Below, in pieces: positions 58,753-64,000 of a DNA stretch of 64,000 nt. Numbering within the stretch: position 1 is the first letter of the stretch; every line of letters starts with the position of its first letter. The notes below the pieces were generated by a model. It worked only from the letters and a program-made list of their open reading frames with translations. It was not told the DNA's origin and made no database searches. Location: the NCBI GenBank assembly GCA_964016885.1, contig CAXHJY010001205.1, forward strand, positions 1,883 through 65,882, written 5' to 3'. The position numbers were made by a program, and so were the translations under genes. This DNA comes from Eledone cirrhosa. Taxonomy: Eukaryota.

Positions 58753-59670
58753 TGGGAGGGCCCTGTAGAAACAGTAGACAGCTTCTGCTACCTAGGTGAC
58801 CGAATTAGCAACGGAGGTGGGTGCTCAGAAAGTACAATAACTAGGGTAAGAACGGGATGGAAGAAGTTTAGGGAACTACTACCACTGCTAGCTGCAAAAG
58901 GCTTCTCCCTCAGAATGAAAGGCAGACTGTATGATGCGTGTATCCGAACAGCGATGTTGCATGGTAGTGAGACCTGGGCGCTGAAGGTGGAAGACTTACG
59001 TAGATTAGAGAGAAACGAAGCCTGCATGCTCCGATGGATGTGTAACAGTAATATACGTGAACGACAAAGCATAAAGGAATTGAGAGAGAGACTGAGCATA
59101 AGAGGAATCAAATGCTGCGTGCAGGAGAGGCGGTTACGCTGGTATGGACATGTGATGCGTATGAAGGATGACAGCTGCATAAAAAGGTGCAGAGCACTAG
59201 AAGTTGATGGAAACCGCGGAGTGGGGAGACCCAAGAGGACTTGGGATGAGGTGATAAAAGCCGACCTTACCCAACTACACCTCTCAAAGTCAATGACACA
59301 CGACCGTGACTTCTGGCGTCACGCAGTAATACAGGGTACCCGACCTCCCATGGGTACATGCTGAAGCATATAAACAATATGCCCCCCCCCCCCCCACCGC
59401 AAGGTGGTCGTGGAGGTGCCACGGCAAAAAAGCACCCAGCCCACACTGTAAAGTGGACGTGTAGGCGCCACGAAAAAGCACCCAGCACTCACTGTAAATG
59501 AGGTTGGTGTTAGGAAGGGCATCCAGAGCTGTAGAAATCAAGCCAGATCAGTTCCTGTATGAGCAAGGCATGGTCAGCCGACCAGACACTGCCCACAACA
59601 GGACAACCCGTCTAACCATGCTAGCGTGGAAGAACGGACCGTAAAATGGTGATGATGATGATGATGATGA
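58753..59670 (+). mobile_element. 5'-truncated RTE-clade LINE: open RT C-terminal region (58753-59364) plus 3' UTR and (GAT)n tail
   Basis: VDSFCYLGDRISNGGGC..RVRTGWKKFRELLPLL..KGRLYDACIRTAMLHGSETW..ERNEACMLRWMC..RRLRWYGHVMRM..GRPKRTWDEVIKADL; ~200 codons with no stop. Confidence 0.92.
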
Positions 59671-60726
59671 TTGTATTTATTAAAATAACAGATTCAAGTT
59701 TACAGATTTAAGCAAAGAATTGCTGCTTTCACCCAGAAGATCCCGTTAAGGATGAAAGCAGCAATTCTTTGCTTAAACTTTAATCTGCTATTTTAATAAA
59801 TATTCGCTCTACGGTTTCTTTATATATTTAATGTATATTTATCCTTGTCGAGCCCTCTTTGGATTTTAGTCTTCACATTTATTATTATTACTATATATAT
59901 ATATTAACTTATAAATATAAATTAGCAAGAATCGTATTTCAGCTCAGGAATTAACGAAAATCAACGTCCGATATGTGTGGCAAGAGCTCGATGATTCATG
60001 TGAATCAGGGCTACAACATACGTTAAGGGCCAAACACACTGAGATGATGGTTAAACAGATCATCCGCACAGCCAAAACAAATGACCAAGTAATTCGGGTC
60101 AAACAATAAAAATATATCTGTTGATAATTTACCCGGACCCTGGACTGATGGTAAAATCCAGTATTTGGTTTCTGCGACTCCAAAATCAGGTACTGTCCGC
60201 CTACATAAAGAATGTTGGGCTTCTGGTAAGATGATTGAACAAGGAAGCCGTGTTATCAACGGGTTTTTGCTCCAATTAACTTATATATATATATTCTGTA
60301 AAGATTTGAATTATTAAATAACGCCAATGAAGTCATTCTTCTCTCTTTTGAAATATACCTCACTGCAACAAGGAATTTCCTTCACTTTCCACTATTTTTT
60401 TTTTTTTTCAGTCGATCGACTTTCGTCAAATCGGACCGAGGAAACAATGTTTCCATTGGTCTTTCCAATTGCTAATACTATCTATCGGTCGCAACTCCAG
60501 GTAGAAGGAGCAACGTGAAATAAAGTGTCTTGCCCAAGAACACACCGCATCGCCACTTTCCACTATATATATATATATAGTATTAGTACATATTAAAAGT
60601 TTATTTATTATAACTATATATATGTGTGTGTGCATATATATATATATAAATATATATCAAGTGCAGAAAAATAGACGTTAAATTGTGACGATGTTGATAT
60701 ATATGCATGTGATATATATGCATGCA

Positions 60727-60759
<33 letters not shown>

Positions 60760-61334
60760 GAATTATTTGAAGTTTATGTAAAGTGAACTTAGTATTTATG
60801 GTGATTCAGACAAGGGAATTTGGCACCAAGTCATTTTAGTTCCTTTCACCATTGTTTAATCACCATACATTATAGATTGGAGGTTTTTTAACTTTCAACA
60901 TGTGTGTGTGTGTGTATAAGTACACCTGTGTATGTGTATGTATGAGTATGTATGTGTATGTTTGTGGGGGGGGGGGGGTATGTGTTTATGTGTGTGTATG
61001 TGTATTTCTGTGTTCAATGTTTAAACTTTTCACTTTCATAAATAATTTAATCTAAAAGTATACACACAAATATATATATATACACACACAAATATATATA
61101 TACATACACACATATTTATATGTTTCATACACACACATATTTATATTTTTCATACACACACAAGTATATATATACACACACACATATTTATATGTTTCAT
61201 ACACACATATATATATACACACACACACATATATATACACACCAAATTTATATATATACACACATACACACACACATATGTATATACACATACATATATA
61301 TATAAATATATATATATATAAATATATATATATA

Positions 61335-61547
61335 TATTACTTCAAAATATTAATAAATATAGACATTCATGTGATCAAATATATTTTATTATATATATTT
61401 CAGAGGCACTGACACTGTATGTCAGGCATCAACTTATTTTATCTGATGAGGACGTACTGTTGAAATAGCTCAGTATCTCTGAAATATGTATAATAAAATA
61501 TATTTGATCACATGAATGTCTATATTTATTAATATTTTGAAGTAATA
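61335..61547. mobile_element. Fold-back pLTR-like element (71-bp inverted arms)
   Basis: Arms 61335-61405 / 61477-61547, near-perfect reverse complements. Confidence 0.7.
61435..61500 (+). ncRNA. Minimal type I hammerhead ribozyme
   Basis: tattttat-CTGATGA-ggacgtactg ttgaaatagct cagtatctct-GAAA-tatgta-TA-ataaaata; perfect 8-bp stem I. Confidence 0.8.
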
Positions 61548-61656
61548 ATAATAACTCCAGAAATCCTTCTTGTGGAGTGCTTCTAATCTATTGTGAAACT
61601 TTATTCATTGATTTATTCATTGAACCTTGTTTAACCTTTAATTATATATATATATA

Positions 61657-62112
61657 TCATCATCATCATCACCGTTTTACGTCCGTTCTTCCATGCTAGC
61701 ATGGGTTAGAGGGGTTGTCCTGTTGTGGGCAGTGTCTGGTCGGCTGACCATGCCTTGCTCATACAGGAACTGATTTTGGCTTGATTTCTACAGCTGGATG
61801 CCCTTCCTAACACCAACCTCATTTACAGTGAGTGCTGGGTGCTTTTTTTCCCTGGCGCCTACACGTCCACTCTACAGTGTGAGCTGGGTGCTTTTTCGTG
61901 GCACCTCCACGACCACTTTACAGTGTGGGCTGGGTGCTTTTTTTGCCGTGGCACCTCCACGACCACTTTACAGTGAGTGCTGGGTGCTTTTTTCCATGGC
62001 ACCTACACGTCCACTCTACAGTGAGTGCTGGGTGCTTTTTTCCCTGGCGCCTACACGTCCACTCTACAGTGTGGGTGGGCTGGGTGCTTTTTTGCCGTGG
62101 CACCTCACGACC
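61657..62112 (-). mobile_element. RTE 3' UTR with ~5 tandem ~48-55 bp internal modules
   Basis: Reverse complement of 59395-59670 with a repeated tacagtgagtgctgggtgcttttt..ggcacct module. Confidence 0.8.
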
Positions 62113-62409
62113 ACTATATATATATCTATATGTCATCTTCACTTTACTGTCCATTACTGTCTGTCAAGATTAGTTTCATTGTTATTCAACCATCACCTAC
62201 CACTGATGTTGATGCTGTTAAATATATATATATATCTGGGTGTATGTATATATGTTTGTGTGTGTATATATATCTGGGTGTATGTATATATGTTTGTGTG
62301 TGTATATATATCTGGGTGTATGTATATATGTTTGTTTGTTGTGTATATATATATATATATATATACATACATACATTCATATACACATTTATGTGTATAT
62401 GAATGTATT

Positions 62410-62440
<31 letters not shown>

Positions 62441-62445
62441 ATTTG

Positions 62446-62486
<41 letters not shown>

Positions 62487-62552
62487 ATATATATACAGTC
62501 AAGTATGAAATTTGTAGAAATTTCTTTTTTTCTACAAATTTCATACTTGACG

Positions 62553-62990
<438 letters not shown>

Positions 62991-63260
62991 TTGTAGTCAT
63001 GTATATATGTGTGTGTATCTATATATATATGTATTTGTAGTCATGTATATATGTATGAATATATATATATATATACATACATGACTATATTGTATAGTTT
63101 CGTGGCAAACAGCCCAGATAAACTATATCTATTATATAGTTTATCGATTTACACTAAAATCTTTCACTTATTCCAACAACTCTTATTTTACTTTTAAAAT
63201 GAAAAGAAAGACACAAGAAACTTAGAGCCACATATATATATGATACATACATAGAGGACG

Positions 63261-63292
<32 letters not shown>

Positions 63293-63743
63293 ATGTATAT
63301 ATAATATATATATATAATAATATATATAAATATTATATATATAATGTATATATATATATATAATAATATATATAAATATTATATATTCATATATATATAT
63401 ATATAATGTATATATATATATATATAATAATATATATAAATATTATATATATATACACACAAACATATGTATGTGTGTTGCTGTGTATATACACATAAAA
63501 AATGTGTAGAAAACTGTGTGTGAAAATACATTAAGCGGAAGATTTAAAAAAAGACAACCGTCTGTCCATGAAGTGAGCTAAAGTCAAAGTTATTAGTGTG
63601 ATTCCAATACGTGATCTTGCATAAATACACGAATGGTATGTGTATATATATATATATTAAAAGGTAAACAGAAAGAACAACACAATCGGTAAAGTATATG
63701 AAAGGAATATATTAGTTTAACGCTTGAAATAGCAGGAAGAGGG

Positions 63744-63779
63744 TCTTAACGTTTCGAACACCAGTCCTTCATCAGAAGA
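63744..63779 (-). ncRNA. Ultra-minimal hammerhead ribozyme (Penelope type)
   Basis: Minus strand: tctt-CTGATGA-a-ggac tggt gttc-GAAA-cg-TT-aaga; AACGTT palindrome at stem III. Confidence 0.7.
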
Positions 63780-63841
63780 AAGAATGAGAAATAAGATACA
63801 TGAAGGGACAGACGGGGGTGGAATTATATATATATTTATAA

Positions 63842-63875
<34 letters not shown>

Positions 63876-63876
<1 letters not shown>

Positions 63877-64000
63877 CGTTATTCCGGGTTGAATCGGAGG
63901 TAACCACAGTAAGTAAGGTACTCAATACATTGCAGAGTATAGAAGTTTTAATATAGATGAGATTCTACAGGGACTAGAACTGTTTCATTAAAAGAATGAA
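63876..64000 (-). mobile_element. Second copy of the 38363-38515 pLTR-like element, cut by the window edge
   Basis: acgttattccgggttgaatcggaggtaaccacagtaagtaaggtactcaatacattgcagagtat is identical to the sequence at 38364. Confidence 0.75.

Overview
AT-rich, repeat-saturated eukaryotic non-coding DNA (intron or intergenic). The SINE, LINE and microsatellite content is most like a cephalopod (Octopus-type) genome; this is an inference. No intact host gene is visible and nearly all ORF-track entries are microsatellite artefacts. The only real coding remnants are 3' fragments of RTE-clade LINE reverse transcriptases. The window holds two tRNA-derived SINE families (a CORE-like one sharing its tail with the RTE LINE, and a Meta-like one), piggyBac-like and mariner-like MITE remnants, 92-bp, 52-bp, 60-bp and 45-bp tandem arrays, and large (TA)n tracts. 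The most notable signal is a dispersed set of over a dozen minimal type I hammerhead-ribozyme motifs, about 6 with intact cores and the rest decayed or partial. They have different palindromic stem III sequences, often lie in fold-back inverted repeats and usually sit near (TA)n tracts. This pattern fits Penelope-like pseudo-LTR or retrozyme-type elements. One inverted pair has reciprocally complementary stem I arms.
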